A stretch of DNA of 64,000 nucleotides from Vulcanimicrobiota bacterium. Its GTDB lineage: Bacteria > Vulcanimicrobiota > Vulcanimicrobiia > Eremiobacterales > Eremiobacteraceae. The notes beneath the pieces were generated by a model that saw nothing but the letters and a program-made list of their open reading frames with translations, did not search any database and was not told the origin of the DNA. The stretch covers positions 288,001-352,000 of the forward strand of contig CAWETU010000005.1 of the NCBI GenBank assembly GCA_963812135.1. Direction: 5' to 3'. Made by a program: the position numbers and the translations under genes. Shown in pieces: positions 50,185 through 63,532 of the stretch; positions within the stretch are counted from its first letter, which is position 1; each line of letters opens with the position of its first letter.

Positions 50185-51442
50185 GGCGGCTCAGGGGATT
50201 GACGGGCACGCCGTTGACGCGGATCTCGAAGTGCAGGTGGGGGCCGGTGGCGTAGCCCGTGGCGCCCACGCGCGCGATCGCTTGTCCTCGCTGCACGTTG
50301 ATGCCCTGCGACACCAAGATCGACGAACAGTGCGCGTACAGGGTCGAGAGACCGCCGCCGTGGTCGATGATGACGGTGTTGCCGTAGCCGCCGTACCACC
50401 CCACGAACAGCACGACGCCGTCATCTGAGGCGACGATCGGCGCGCCGTATGGCGCCGCGATATCGATACCGGTGTGCATCCGGTAACCGCCCAAGATCGG
50501 ATGCCAGCGCATGCCGAAGCCGGAGACGACCGGGCCCTGTGCCGGCCAGATGAACTTGCCTGAACCCATCGGCTCGTTCGGCGGCGCTTGGCCGGCAGCG
50601 ATGGCCGCGGCGCGGCGCGCTTGTTGGGCGGCGAGGCGAGCGCGCATCGCAGCGGCGGCTTCTTCCCGCTGGCGTTCGACGATAAGCGCTTGCAACTCCG
50701 CCTCTTGCGCGGCGGTGAGGTCTTCGAGCTGTTGCACGTGCTGCTGGATGACGCTCTGTTGCAGCGTCGCGGCGTAGAGCAGTTCGCGGCGCCGGTCCGC
50801 CAGATCCGAGAGCTGGCCGCGATCGCGTTCGCGATCCGAACGTTGCGCATCGAGGTCGGCCTGCGTCGTTTCGAGGTCGGCGACCAGCGCCTGATAGCGA
50901 TGTTGTTCGGTGTTCACGCGCGCGATGAGCTCGGTGTCGGAGCGCACGATGAACGTCAAGAAGTCAAGCCGCTCCACGAAATCCTCGAACGACGTCGAGT
51001 TGAGCAACACATCGAGGTAGGACGTCGAGCCTTGTTCGTAGATGTCGACGAGGCGCTTGTCGAGCGCCTCGGTGTGGCGCTTGAGGCTGGCTTGGATATC
51101 GGCCAATTGGACGCGCCGCACAGACAGGCGGCGTTCGGTGATGTCGATCGCCGCGGACAGATCGCCGATCTCGCCCGATACTCTCGAAATCGCGCCGTTG
51201 GTCTCGTGCAGCTGCTCCGAGATGTTCTGCACTTTGAAGCGCGCTTGGTGAAGCTGGCCGCGCGCCTGCAGCAACTGCTGTTTGATGTGCTCGATCTTCT
51301 GCTGGCTCTGCTTGATCTTGATCGTGATCGGCAGCGGCGTCGGCGTCGGGTGCGCCGTCCGCGCCCATGCCGGTGCGCCGAGCGCGCACGCCAGCGTGCA
51401 GGCCGCGATGGAGATCGCCGCCCACCCCAAGATCCGATGCAT
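50180..51442 (-). CDS. Coiled-coil plus M23 peptidase (EnvC/CwlO-like FtsEX partner)
   Basis: Signal peptide, long coiled coil, SFEDF, HTGIDI, YGNTVIIDHG, TGPHLHFE. Confidence 0.93.
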   Translation of the reverse strand: MHRILGWAAISIAACTLACALGAPAWARTAHPTPTPLPITIKIKQSQQKIEHIKQQLLQARGQLHQARFKVQNISEQLHETNGAISRVSGEIGDLSAAIDITERRLSVRRVQLADIQASLKRHTEALDKRLVDIYEQGSTSYLDVLLNSTSFEDFVERLDFLTFIVRSDTELIARVNTEQHRYQALVADLETTQADLDAQRSDRERDRGQLSDLADRRRELLYAATLQQSVIQQHVQQLEDLTAAQEAELQALIVERQREEAAAAMRARLAAQQARRAAAIAAGQAPPNEPMGSGKFIWPAQGPVVSGFGMRWHPILGGYRMHTGIDIAAPYGAPIVASDDGVVLFVGWYGGYGNTVIIDHGGGLSTLYAHCSSILVSQGINVQRGQAIARVGATGYATGPHLHFEIRVNGVPVNPLSRL

Positions 51443-52326
51443 CAAGCCGGCCGTAGGTAGCGGCTCACGGAGAGCCAGCTCGCCAGCATCCCGACGAACG
51501 CACCCACGAGCACGAGCTCCAGCGCGAGACGGCCTACATTGACGGCGGCCAAATCGAGCGGCAGGAAGGGCAGATTGAACGTCAGCTTCGGCGCCAGCGT
51601 CCGATACGCGGGCCATAGGACGAGCAGCCCGACGAACGAGCCCGCCAGCCCCGTGAGCAAGCCCTCGAACACGAAGGGCCAGCGGATGGTCCAATTCGTG
51701 GCGCCGACCAGCTGCATGATCGTGATCTCGCGCTGGCGCGCGAACACCGTGAGCCGGATCGTGTTATAGATGATGAGCGCCGTCGCGACCAGCAGAAGCA
51801 CGATGACGCCGAGCCCGATCAAGCCGAGCACGCGGCGCACGACGAGCAGCTTCTCGGTCACCTTGCTGCCGTAGTTGACGAATGCGACCGCGGGCTTGGT
51901 CTGCAGCTCGCCCGCCAGGGGCGGCACATCGGTCGGATCGATCGTGTGCACCACGAACGAATTCGGTAAGGGGTTGACGTTGATGAGCCCGAGGTTGACC
52001 TGTCCGGCCAGGCGCTTGCGCAACGTGTCGAGCGCTTCTTGCTTGCTCACGAAGCGCACGTTGTCGACGCGCGGGTCGGCGCGCAGCTGGCGCATCATGG
52101 TATCGATGTCCGCCGGGCCTGCCTCGTCCTTGAGATAGACGGCGATGTCGACTTTGTTGACGACGTTGCTCAGCAGCTGATTGAACGAGGTGCGCGCGAA
52201 CAGGAAGACGCCGAGCACGACGATCGAGATCGCGACGGTGCCGATGGCGGTGAGCGCCATGGCGGCGTTGCGGGTGAAATTCTGGGCGACTTCGCCCCAA
52301 AAGAACTGCGTTCTACCCCAGTCCAA
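51442..52326 (-). CDS. ftsX: Cell division permease FtsX
   Basis: FVSKQEAL, NPLPNSF, IYNTIRLTVFARQREITIMQLVGAT; start approximate. Confidence 0.94.
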   Translation of the reverse strand: MDWGRTQFFWGEVAQNFTRNAAMALTAIGTVAISIVVLGVFLFARTSFNQLLSNVVNKVDIAVYLKDEAGPADIDTMMRQLRADPRVDNVRFVSKQEALDTLRKRLAGQVNLGLINVNPLPNSFVVHTIDPTDVPPLAGELQTKPAVAFVNYGSKVTEKLLVVRRVLGLIGLGVIVLLLVATALIIYNTIRLTVFARQREITIMQLVGATNWTIRWPFVFEGLLTGLAGSFVGLLVLWPAYRTLAPKLTFNLPFLPLDLAAVNVGRLALELVLVGAFVGMLASWLSVSRYLRPA

Positions 52327-53002
52327 CGTGGTAGCGGCCTCGTTCTTCGTCATGCGCGATGCGGCCGTGGACCAGCCGCACGACGCGGCGGCGCATCCGG
52401 TCGACGCTCGCCTGGTTGTGCGTCGCCACGATGACGGTCGTGCCCTTGGAATTGATGCGCGCGAGCAGCGCCATGATCTCGCTCGACGTCTCCGGGTCGA
52501 GATTGCCGGTGGGCTCGTCGCATAAGAGGATGAGCGGGTTGTTGACGAGCGAACGCGCGATCGCGGTGCGTTGCTGTTCGCCGCCCGAAAGCTCGTGCGG
52601 GAACATCTTGCTCTTGTGCGCGATGCCGACGAGTTCGAGCGCGCGTGGCACGCGGCGCATGACGTCGCGCGAGCTCGCGCCGGTCACCTGCAGCGCGTAC
52701 GCCACGTTCTCCCACACGGTCTTGCCGCGCAGCAGCTTGAAGTCTTGGAACACGACGCCGACCTTGCGCCGCAAATGCGGGACCTGGCGGTCCGGCAGCG
52801 ACGACAGGCGCCAGTCGTCGATCACGACGTCCCCGGACGTGGGTTTGACCTCGCGGTAGATGCATTTGAGGATGCTGGATTTGCCCTGGCCGGTGCTGCC
52901 GACGAGGAACAGGAACTCACCGCGGGCGGCCGACAGGTTGATCTCCGACAGCGCGTGGACGCCGTTCGGGTAGACGAGGCTGACGTCCTCAAAAACAATC
53001 AT
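52313..53002 (-). CDS. ftsE: Cell division ATP-binding protein FtsE
   Basis: [37 protein letters not shown]; upstream of ftsX. Confidence 0.95.
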   Translation of the reverse strand: MIVFEDVSLVYPNGVHALSEINLSAARGEFLFLVGSTGQGKSSILKCIYREVKPTSGDVVIDDWRLSSLPDRQVPHLRRKVGVVFQDFKLLRGKTVWENVAYALQVTGASSRDVMRRVPRALELVGIAHKSKMFPHELSGGEQQRTAIARSLVNNPLILLCDEPTGNLDPETSSEIMALLARINSKGTTVIVATHNQASVDRMRRRVVRLVHGRIAHDEERGRYHVGLG

Positions 53003-53120
53003 GCCCAGCCGTGTTCTGTCTGGGCGTGCGAGTACTGCATGCTCTGGTGTCGGTTCGCCGCGGCCGCGAGACGGCCCTATCGGCGGGAAAGAGCGTGCGC
53101 CGTCCGAACCGTATCGCGCT

Positions 53121-54269
53121 ATGAATTTCGATCTGACGCCGGATCAGCTGGACGTCCAGAAATTGTGCCGCGAATTCGCCGACGCGGAAGTCGCTCCGCA
53201 CGCCGAAGCATGGGATGCAAAGGCGGAATTTCCGCTCGACTGCGTGCGCAAGATGGCGCAGCTCGGCTTGCTCGGTCTGCCGATTCCTGAGAAATACGGG
53301 GGAGCCGGCGCCGACACGGTGTCGTATGCGCTCGCGGTGATGGAGATCGGCCGTGCCGACGCCTCGGTCGGCATCACGATGGCCGCGCACGTCTCGCTCG
53401 GCACCGCGCCGTTCCTCATGTTCGGCAGCGAAGCGCAAAAGCAGCGTTACATCCCGCCGTTGGCGCGCGGCGAGCAGCTGTGGGCGTTCGGCTTGACCGA
53501 GCCGCAGGCCGGTTCGGACGCCGGCGCCACCGCGACCACGGCACGTTTGGACAACGGCCAGTGGGTCATGAACGGCACGAAGGCGTTCATCACGAACTCC
53601 GGCACACCGATCACCGGCGGCGTGACCATCACGGCGGTGACCGGTAAGACCGCTGACGGAAAAGCGGAGATCAGCAACATCATCGTGCCGCAGGACGCGC
53701 CCGGCTTCTCGCGCGCGCAGCCGTATAAGAAGATGGGTTGGCGCGCGTCCGACACGCGCGAACTGTCGTTCGCGGATGCCCGCGTGCCTGAGGAAAATCT
53801 TCTCGGGCAACGCGGCCGCGGCTTCCATCAATTCCTCGACGTGCTCGACGGTGGGCGTATCAGCGTCGGCGCGCTGTCGGTGGGTCTGGCGCAAGCCTGC
53901 TACGACGCGAGCGCGAAATACGCGAAAGAGCGCATGCAGTTCGGCTCCCCGATCGCGAAATTCCAAGCGGTGCAGTTCCAGCTCGTCGATATGGCGGTCG
54001 AGATCGAACTGGCGCGCACGGCCGTGCTCAAGGCGGCGTGGCTGAAGGACCAGGGACGCGATTTCGCCATGGCGGCGGCCATGGCCAAGCTGTATTCAGG
54101 CGAGGTGTCGCGCCGCTGCGCGAACGCCGGCGTGCAGATCCACGGCGGCTACGGCTTCATGGAAGAGTACGCGGTGTCGCGCTATTGGCGCGACTGCAAG
54201 ATCAACGAGATCGGCGAAGGCACGAACGAAGTCCAGCGCATGGTGATCGGCCGGCTGCTCGGCTTCTAG
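53121..54269 (+). CDS. Acyl-CoA dehydrogenase
   Basis: FGLTEPQAGSD, KMGWRASDT, QIHGGYG, EIGEGTNEVQR. Confidence 0.95.
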   Translation: MNFDLTPDQLDVQKLCREFADAEVAPHAEAWDAKAEFPLDCVRKMAQLGLLGLPIPEKYGGAGADTVSYALAVMEIGRADASVGITMAAHVSLGTAPFLMFGSEAQKQRYIPPLARGEQLWAFGLTEPQAGSDAGATATTARLDNGQWVMNGTKAFITNSGTPITGGVTITAVTGKTADGKAEISNIIVPQDAPGFSRAQPYKKMGWRASDTRELSFADARVPEENLLGQRGRGFHQFLDVLDGGRISVGALSVGLAQACYDASAKYAKERMQFGSPIAKFQAVQFQLVDMAVEIELARTAVLKAAWLKDQGRDFAMAAAMAKLYSGEVSRRCANAGVQIHGGYGFMEEYAVSRYWRDCKINEIGEGTNEVQRMVIGRLLGF

Positions 54270-55333
54270 CGCGTCGTGTCGACCGTGATCCCGAAGCCGC
54301 TCAGCGGCGTCGCGACGTCGAAGATGACGCGCCGGTTCGGCCACACCGACTGGTTGCCTGACGCGGTCGTCGCGTTCGGAAACACGAACACGCCGCCGTC
54401 ATAGACGAACAGTATGTCGCGCACGATATCGTACGCAAGCCCCTTCGGCTGGGTGAAGCCGGTCAATGTCTGCGAGTGCGTCGTCGAGCCGTTGAACGTG
54501 CTCGCGTTCTTCATGATGTTGATCTGCGCGGGCGAGATCTCGGTCACGAATAGGATGTCGAGCGCGGTGTTGTAAGCCAAGCCGGTGCCGTTGCCCAAAC
54601 CAAGCCCGCTGATGGCGCTGCTCTGGCCCATCGCGATCGTCGTGCCGCCTGACAACGCCGCCGCGGCAACGCCAAAGCCGGGGAACTTCGCCACGACCGT
54701 GCCGTTATCGGCCACGAACAAGATGTCGCGCACGCCGTCGTACAGCATCTCTTGCGGGCGCGGTGTACCGGGCGCCGTTGGGTCGGTGATGTTGAGGGTC
54801 ACGAAGCCGGCCGGAACCGAGCTGGCGATCATGGATGGCGCATTCGCGTAGATGTCGACGGTATTGCTGGTGTTGTGGGCCACGACCAGCAGGTGATGCA
54901 CGGGATCGTAGACCGCCGCGCCTTCAAGGTTGTTCGTGCTGGCGCTTGCGACGACGAACGTGGGCAGCATGTTGTTGCGCGTCGTCGCCATCGTCCAGAT
55001 ATCGATCGTGTTATTGGTGGCGTTGGGCACCGTCTGGTTCGGATACCACAACGTATCGGTGAGCGGATCGTAAACCACATCGGGATTGGCCGTGTCGCTT
55101 GTCGGGAGGATCTCGGACGCGACCAGTCCGCCGTTTGCGGCCGACGCGCCCTTATACGAGCGGACTGTCCGCGATGTGGCGTCTTGCACCCAAAGCGTGT
55201 CCGGCGCGATGCTGCCGCTCACGACCGGCGTGGGAGTGGGCGTCGTCGACGTGCCGGCGGTGGAGCACCCGGCGCCCAGCGCCATCATCAGCGCCGCACC
55301 GACGAGCACAGCATAACCAACACGCACATTCAT
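54266..55333 (-). CDS. Lipoprotein with beta-propeller-like repeats
   Basis: Lipobox GAGC, TP linker, repeated xYDxxxDxLxV blades; downstream of the TonB receptor. Confidence 0.8.
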   Translation of the reverse strand: MNVRVGYAVLVGAALMMALGAGCSTAGTSTTPTPTPVVSGSIAPDTLWVQDATSRTVRSYKGASAANGGLVASEILPTSDTANPDVVYDPLTDTLWYPNQTVPNATNNTIDIWTMATTRNNMLPTFVVASASTNNLEGAAVYDPVHHLLVVAHNTSNTVDIYANAPSMIASSVPAGFVTLNITDPTAPGTPRPQEMLYDGVRDILFVADNGTVVAKFPGFGVAAAALSGGTTIAMGQSSAISGLGLGNGTGLAYNTALDILFVTEISPAQINIMKNASTFNGSTTHSQTLTGFTQPKGLAYDIVRDILFVYDGGVFVFPNATTASGNQSVWPNRRVIFDVATPLSGFGITVDTTR

Positions 55334-55455
55334 GAAGCGGAAGATCCTCTCAAAATGGGGAGGGCGGAAAACACACGCGCCGGCTCAGCGTCGGCCGGCG
55401 GCGCACCCCGCACAGATAGGCCGGGCTTCGCGCCCCGCACGGCCGCGCCCTTCGG

Positions 55456-55495
55456 AAAAAGAAGAGGCCGCCGGCGTTCGTGCCGGCGGTCTCTT
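55456..55495 (-). terminator. Intrinsic terminator after the TonB-dependent receptor
   Basis: AAGAGACCGCCGGC-loop-GCCGGCGGCCTCTT then CTTTTT on the minus strand. Confidence 0.7.
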
Positions 55496-55520
55496 GTTCG
55501 TAGGGTCTCGATCCGGTCCG

Positions 55521-58500
55521 TTACATCTTGAACTGGACGTTGAACGAGGCGCTGAAGGGAGTCGTGAAGCCTTCAAGGCCGTTCGTCGACGAGTATCCGA
55601 AGTACGGGTATTTGACGTTCGCCGAGATCGGCGTACCCGGATTGTAGAAGTTACCCACTGGCGGGTAGTTGCCGGCTATGACACCGTACCCGCAAATGTG
55701 GTTGTCGTTCGTGGTCCACGGCTCTTTCGAACCGCCGAAGCACGTGTTGACGATGTTCGCCAGATTCAGCTGATAAGTCACGCGCGGCGTGGCTTCATAG
55801 CCGATCTGCATGTGGGCTTGGAACTGGCTCGGCTCGATGAACGCGCCGATGTTGTCGAACTTGCCCGTGTATGTATCGGGAATCACGAGCGAGCCAGTGC
55901 ACGACGTCGCGTCGGCAGCCAAGCCGGTTCCACCGTTGGGATAGCGCGGGTCGCCTGCGGCCAACGGCCCCAGTGCCGCGCAGGTGCTCGGATCGAACCC
56001 GTAGTTCACCTCAGGCGAGCCATACGGCGCACCTGTGTGGAACTGGAACGACGGGACGAACGACCACTTGTCGTGCTTGAATTGTAAGATCAGCGCTGCG
56101 AAGTTCGGTATGACATAGCCCTGAGACGAGAGCTGGACTCCCGCCGGGACGATGTCGTACGGCGTATACGACCCATTCGTATCGAACAGGTTCTGTATCG
56201 GCATGTTGAAGTACGGATTCGCCACACCACTGATCTCCGTCGCGACCGCATTGACATTGCCATACGGTCCGCACGGACTCGTGGGGCTATTGTTGGGCGT
56301 CGCCGTGGCGCATGCCGACGTGAACGAGTTGAACTTCTGGATATCAGCGTTGTCCGAACTCAGCACGGTGAGCCCGTTCGTCAGGGCCTTGTACTTGATC
56401 CGGCTGTAGGTGTAGGTGTACGAGAGCTGACCTGACCAGCCGTTGTTGTTGAAGTTGCCCATGCTCAGCAGGAACTCGACGCCAGTATTCGTCTCCTGGC
56501 CGGCGTTGACGCCGGACACGAACGCGGTCTTGGGGTCGATGAAGAACTGCTGCACCTGGTCAGACGTCTGCCGCAGGAACGGCGTCAACTTGAACGACGT
56601 CTGCGTGCCGTTGAAATGGTGCTCCAACGACAGGTCGTAGTTGTACGAGATCGAGGGATTCTCGACGTGGGCCGGCGTCGTGAAGCCGAACTTGTAGAAC
56701 AGCGGACCCATCAGCACGTTGGGCAGGTTTTGCTCCAACGTGTTGTACTGCTCGAACGCCGCGTTGGCGGGCTGCGAGTAGCGGCCTGCCGAGAAGCGGA
56801 TCACGTCGTCGACACCCATGGTGTAGGTGCCGCCGATGCGCGGTTCGAGCTCGTTGAAGGTCACCTGACCGCCGTTCGCGGTCGAGTTGGTCAGCGTCGC
56901 TTGCGTGAACGAGCCGGCCGCGAAGCCCGGCGCCGATACGTTGGCGCATGGCTGGCCGGCCTGTTGCGTGGATGCTGCCGAGCGTGCTGGTCGTCATGTC
57001 AAACGGCGTGCCGCCGTTGAACAGCGGATTCACGCAATGCGCCTGGTTCCATGCGTTGAACCAGAAGTCACGCGTGCCGCCGCCCGTCGGCGTGTAGATG
57101 AACCCGTAGACGTCGTCGCGGATGCCGATGTTGAGGTTGAGCCGATCATTCGGCTTCCACGTGTCCTGCAACGAGGCTGCCCAGAATCGCGGCGTCACCG
57201 TGTTGAACGTCGCCCACGGGCCGTTCTCGGCCATGAGCCACGCGCACGGATCGGTGCCTGTCGATCCGCAGGTCGCGCCGGGGCTTGTGATTCCACCGGT
57301 CTGGATCTGTTGCCGAAGGTGAGGATGCTCGGGCGAGCGGCGGCTCCGTTGCTGGGCTCGCACGACTTCAGCCACGCCAGGGGCACCCATGTTGTAGCAC
57401 AGACCGTTCGTCGGAGCGTTGGCGTCGACGAGGAACGCCGCGCGCGCGTGTCGTCGCAACCAAGCGCGGCGCCGCGGGCCTGGAACATCTGCGTGTTGTT
57501 GTCACGCACCGTGCTGGCGGTCGAGTACGAACCCTCGACGTTGAGCAAGTGCTTGGGCGAGAGCTGGTTGACGTATTGCGCGGATGCGCCGCGCGTGTGC
57601 GTCCACAGCTCGTAGTCCGACGGGCAGCACGCGACGAAGTTCGCCTGCGATGAGTTCGGGCCGTACAGATACCAGCTCGAGTAGAAGATGTATCCGTACA
57701 GTCGCAGGTACGACGACGTGCCGATGTTGTGCTGCCATTGCAGCTTGTAGATGTTGTTCGAATTGGTCGACGTGTCTTCTTGGTTCAGCGGAATCGGGCC
57801 ACCGAGCCCGATCGGGCCGGCACTCGGATACGCGTAGTTCGCGACGTTTCCGGCTTGCGTCGGGTCCGCTGCCGTGAAGACCTGACCCAGCGCGCCTGCG
57901 TGTACTGCCGAGCCGAGGTCAGGAACGTGTTACCAACGCAGCCATCCCGCAGCGCGACGCGTTGCGGCATCGATTGCGTAGAACGACGGGCCGCCCCAGT
58001 CGTTTTGCGAGCTATACGCGAACGAGTACAGCTGGAAGACATCGTACAGGAACTGGATGTCGTCCTTGCCGGTGTCGTTCTTGTGCGGGATGCCGAAGTG
58101 GAAGTTGAACACGTTCTCGCGATCTTCGATGCGTGAGAACGCGCCCATCTGGAACGGGCCCATAAGATAGCCGGCCCGGGCCCGCCTGCCGTGCCGGTCA
58201 GCGGGTTCGGCGGCGTTCGGCATAGCAGGAGCGAGTAGCCGTTAGTGGGCGATCGCGCATGCCCCGCCGGCGCGGTTAGGATGTCGAACGCCGAGCCGTA
58301 GGTCTGCGCGACGCTCGCGCCGTTGCTGTTGTCGATGTAGCGCGGGTCTTGGTTGACCAACCCGACGCCGACGTAGTATGAGAAGTTGCGGTTGGGCGTC
58401 GCCCCGCCGAACTCGATGTTGGCCTTGTTGTACAGAGCCGGTCCGCCGATGCCGAGATTGATCGTGCCGAATCCCGGATAGGTGCCGCTCTTGATGACCT

Positions 58501-59227
58501 GGTTGATGTAGCCCGCAAGGCCTTGCGATTCAGCCGAGGCAGGCGCTGCGCCGGTGTACAGCTGCAGCTCTTGCTGGCCGAGCGCCGAGAGATTCGTGGT
58601 CGGGTAGTTGTCGAACGACCGGTTCACCGGTACGCCGTCGAACTCGTAGCCGACCTGATCGTAGTCACCACCGCGGATGTATACGTCTTGGAACCAACCG
58701 GCTTGTCCGGGTGGGACGTATGCACCGGGCAACGCCGCGATCGCGGAGTAGCCCTGGTTCGCGCCGCCGCCGCCACCGAGGACGGCCGAGCGCGCCTGCG
58801 CGCTCTCGTTGACCGAGTAGACGTTGGCCGTCGTACCGGGCTTCACGAGATCGGTTGACGCACGCGTCAGCACGGTTCCGATGGTTTTCACCGGCGGATT
58901 CGCGATCAGCGCGACGTTTTGCACTTGGTCCGCCAGCACGGTGACGCCGCGCTGCGACACGGGCTCGATGACGTTTTCTTTGGAAGCCGTCACCGTGTAC
59001 GTGTCAGGGACCAAGGAGACAAACCCGAAATGACCACCATTGTCGGTCGTTGTGCTTGAGGTCTGACTGGCGGACGTCGCAGTCACCTTCGCTTGCGCGA
59101 CGGGGGCGTGCGTGGTCGCCAACTCAACAGTGCCATTCAACGATCCGGTGACGCCTGCCAGTGCCCATGTTCCCTGGACCAGCAACACCGCGACCGCTAA
59201 GAAGGCAATTCTCAGCAAACCTTTCAT
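55521..59227 (-). CDS. TonB-dependent receptor-like outer membrane protein with N-terminal carboxypeptidase-regulatory-like domain; several frameshifts in ~56900-58250
   Basis: Signal peptide, GSLNGTV..TTTDNGGHF..PDTYTV, plug IRGG..EFDGVPVN, LQDTWKPNDRLNLNIGIRDD, PRIGGTY, terminal FNVQFKM. Confidence 0.85.
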
Positions 59228-59451
59228 GGTTTTCAAGGTTCCTTCTTGAGAAGCGAGTGATGCAGTTCCGCACATCCATTTAGCCGCGTGAGCGTCCATT
59301 TGTGCGCGCGAATACTGCAAAGCCGACGCACACCACGGATGGTGCACGTCAACATGTCCCGCGGTTTCTTTCTTCACCCGGCTTTAACCTTGCGGCCCGC
59401 CGGGTCCGGCAGGCCGCAAAATGGGCGTTTCTAGGCTTGTATTTTCATCTT

Positions 59452-60336
59452 TCAAACGCGCGCGGGAAGGCGCAGCGCGCGGCTCACCAACGCCGGAATA
59501 TCTGCGGGGCTTTCAGCCACCGGAACGTTCACGGCTTCGAACGCTGCGATCTTCGCCTGCGCCGTTCCGCCGCCGCCGCTGACGATCGCGCCGGCATGCC
59601 CCATGCGTTTGCCTTCAGGTGCCGAGCGGCCGCCGATGAACGCGATGACCGGCTTTGTGACAGTCTTATGCCGGATCAAGTCGGCCGCGTCTTCTTCATC
59701 CGTGCCGCCGATCTCGCCGACCAAGACGACCGCGTCGGTGCCTTCGTCCTTTTCGAACGCTTGCAGACAGTCGACGAAGACGGTGCCGATGATGGGATCG
59801 CCGCCGATGCCGACGCACGTGCTCTGGCCGATGCCGGCGCGCGTCATCTGATCGACGATCTCGTACGTCAACGTGCCGCTGCGCGAGATCAAACCGACCC
59901 GCCCATGACTGAACACGTGACCGGGCATGATGCCGGCGAGCGCTTCGCCCGGCGTGATGACCCCCGGGCAATTCGGTCCGATCACCCGAGTCGTGTCGGG
60001 GATGACGGACATGACCCGCAACATATCATGCACCGGAATGCCCTCGGTGATGCAGATGATGAGACCGATGCCCGCATCGGCCGCTTCGAGAATCGCGTCG
60101 GCAGCGAACGGCGGCGGCACGAAGATGACCGACGTATCAGCGCCGGTCTTCGCGCGCGCATCGCTGCACGTGTCGAACACGGAAAACTGCTCGACCGTTT
60201 GACCGCCTTTGCCGGGCGTCACGCCGCCCGCGACCTTCGTGCCGTAGGCGCGCATGCGGTTGGCATGATACAGTCCTTCGCGTCCGGTGATGCCCTGGAC
60301 GATGACCGTCGAGTTCTTGTTCAGATAGATCGACAT
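59452..60336 (-). CDS. sucD: Succinyl-CoA synthetase alpha subunit
   Basis: [36 protein letters not shown]. Confidence 0.97.
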   Translation of the reverse strand: MSIYLNKNSTVIVQGITGREGLYHANRMRAYGTKVAGGVTPGKGGQTVEQFSVFDTCSDARAKTGADTSVIFVPPPFAADAILEAADAGIGLIICITEGIPVHDMLRVMSVIPDTTRVIGPNCPGVITPGEALAGIMPGHVFSHGRVGLISRSGTLTYEIVDQMTRAGIGQSTCVGIGGDPIIGTVFVDCLQAFEKDEGTDAVVLVGEIGGTDEEDAADLIRHKTVTKPVIAFIGGRSAPEGKRMGHAGAIVSGGGGTAQAKIAAFEAVNVPVAESPADIPALVSRALRLPARV

Positions 60337-60338
60337 CG

Positions 60339-61475
60339 TCAGTTCCTCGCCAGCGCGACGGCTTGCTTCGCGCCTTCGTTCATCGTCTCGACCGACTTCA
60401 TGCCGTTGGCTTGCAGCACCGCGCGGCCTTCCTTCTCGTTCGTGCCGGTCAGACGGATCACGAGCTTGTCTTTGCTCCACGAACCGCCGCCGAGGGCTTC
60501 GACCAGACCCTTCGCCACTTCATCGCCGCGCGTGATGCCGCCGAAGATGTTGATGAACAGCGACTTCACTTTCGGATCGGACGTCACGATGTTGACGGCT
60601 TCGCGCACGATGTCGGCCTTCGCGCCGCCGCCGACATCGAGGAAGTTCGCAGGTTCGCCGCCCGCGGCTTTGACCGCATCGAGCGTGCCCATCACCAAGC
60701 CCGCGCCGTTGCCGATGATGCCGACGTCGCCGTCGAGGTGCACGTACGCCAAGCCCGTCTTGCGAGCGCGTTCTTCGAGCGGATCGCTCGGCAGATCGGT
60801 TTTCCACGCTTCGAGCTCTTTGTGACGGAAGAGGCCGTTGTCGTCGATGTCCACCTTTGCGTCCGACGCGATCAAACGGCCATCTTTGGTGATCGCGAGC
60901 GGATTGATCTCAAGCAGCATCGCGCCGACGTCGAAGAACAGCGTGTAGAGCTTGCCCAAAATGTCGACGAACTGCGACGTGATCTCTTTTGGAATGCTTG
61001 CTTCGGCCGCGACGCGCCGGCCGACGAACGGCCAGTAGCCCATGGCCGGATCGATGCGATACTTCGCGATCGCGTCCGGATGCGTCTTCGCCACTTCTTC
61101 GATATCCATGCCGCCCATCGCCGATGCGATGATGATCGGCCGCTTGCTCTGCCGGTCGACGGTGATCGAGAGGTACAGCTCCTTTGCGATATCGACGCGC
61201 TGCTCGATCCAGATGCGCTTGGCGATCTCGCCTTTGATGTTCATCCCGAGGATCGCCTTGGCGGGCTCGACCACGTCGCGCTCGTCGTTGGCGAACTTGA
61301 TGCCGCCCGCTTTGCCGCGGCCGCCGATCAGCACTTGCGCCTTGACGACGCTCGGCGCGGGGTTGGCGCGCATGATCGCGACCGCCTCGTCGACGCTCTG
61401 CGCGACTTTGCCGGCTGGCACCGGTATGCCGGCGGCTGCGAAGAGTTCCTTACCTTGATACTCGAGTAATCTCAT
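60339..61475 (-). CDS. sucC: Succinyl-CoA synthetase beta subunit
   Basis: [48 protein letters not shown]. Confidence 0.97.
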   Translation of the reverse strand: MRLLEYQGKELFAAAGIPVPAGKVAQSVDEAVAIMRANPAPSVVKAQVLIGGRGKAGGIKFANDERDVVEPAKAILGMNIKGEIAKRIWIEQRVDIAKELYLSITVDRQSKRPIIIASAMGGMDIEEVAKTHPDAIAKYRIDPAMGYWPFVGRRVAAEASIPKEITSQFVDILGKLYTLFFDVGAMLLEINPLAITKDGRLIASDAKVDIDDNGLFRHKELEAWKTDLPSDPLEERARKTGLAYVHLDGDVGIIGNGAGLVMGTLDAVKAAGGEPANFLDVGGGAKADIVREAVNIVTSDPKVKSLFINIFGGITRGDEVAKGLVEALGGGSWSKDKLVIRLTGTNEKEGRAVLQANGMKSVETMNEGAKQAVALARN

Positions 61476-61487
61476 CGCTCCTCAATC

Positions 61488-62281
61488 TTATGCTTCGGGC
61501 ACGACGCCGCGCACCGCCCAGGCACGCGCGCCGAATGAAAATGCCTCGTCGGGCTTCGAGCCGAGCACGCGCTCGCGCAAACGTTGGCGCAGAACTTCTC
61601 GGCGTTCCGGCGTCAGGCTCGCGACATAACGGCCGCCAGGTCCTTGGCCGCCCAGAAACGGCGACCAGTAATCGTCGAACGACGCGAAATCGGTTGAGAT
61701 CCAAAGCTCCTCGGCACGCACCTCTTGAAGCCCACCGGTCACGAACAGCTCGTGCATCGACTCTTTGGCGAAGGTCGGCTGGTTCTCTCCATCGGCTGTG
61801 GGATCTATCTCATCAACTACCGACCAGAACGTGCGCAGCATTTTCATGCCGCCGAAGTGGTCCCACACCGCCGTCGCCACGACGCCACCGGGGCGGGTCA
61901 CGCGACGCATCTCGCCGAGCCCTTTCGCCGGGTCCGGGATGAAGTTGAACACGAGCAGCGCAAGGCTGCGGTCAAAAGACTTATCCGGATACGGCAACGC
62001 TTGCGCATCGCCGACCGAAAAACTGATGCGCCCGGCATTTGGCCGGCTGCGCGCATACTCGACGAACGCGCCCGATGGATCGATGCCGGTGATCTCGGCG
62101 CTCGGTGCGGCGGTGGCGAGCGCCAAGGAGAGCGACCCGGTGCCGCAACCGACGTCGAGGAGACGCTCGCCGTCGCGCGCACCCGCGAAGGTGAGGAAGC
62201 CGGGCGCGAGGCGCGCGCTCCAGCGGCCGATGTACCGTTCGTACGCTTCGGGGACGGAGAACGTGCTCGAAAGGCTCTCCT

Positions 62282-62285
<4 letters not shown>
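61488..62285 (-). CDS. Class I SAM-dependent methyltransferase
   Basis: YERYIGRWS, LLDVGCGTG, GDAQALPY, EMRRVTRPGG. Confidence 0.92.

Positions 62286-63528
<1,243 letters not shown>

Positions 63529-63532
<4 letters not shown>

Noticed and set aside
59228..59451. Riboswitch upstream of the TonB-dependent receptor
   Set aside because: Hairpins are present but no cobalamin or TPP consensus was recognisable.
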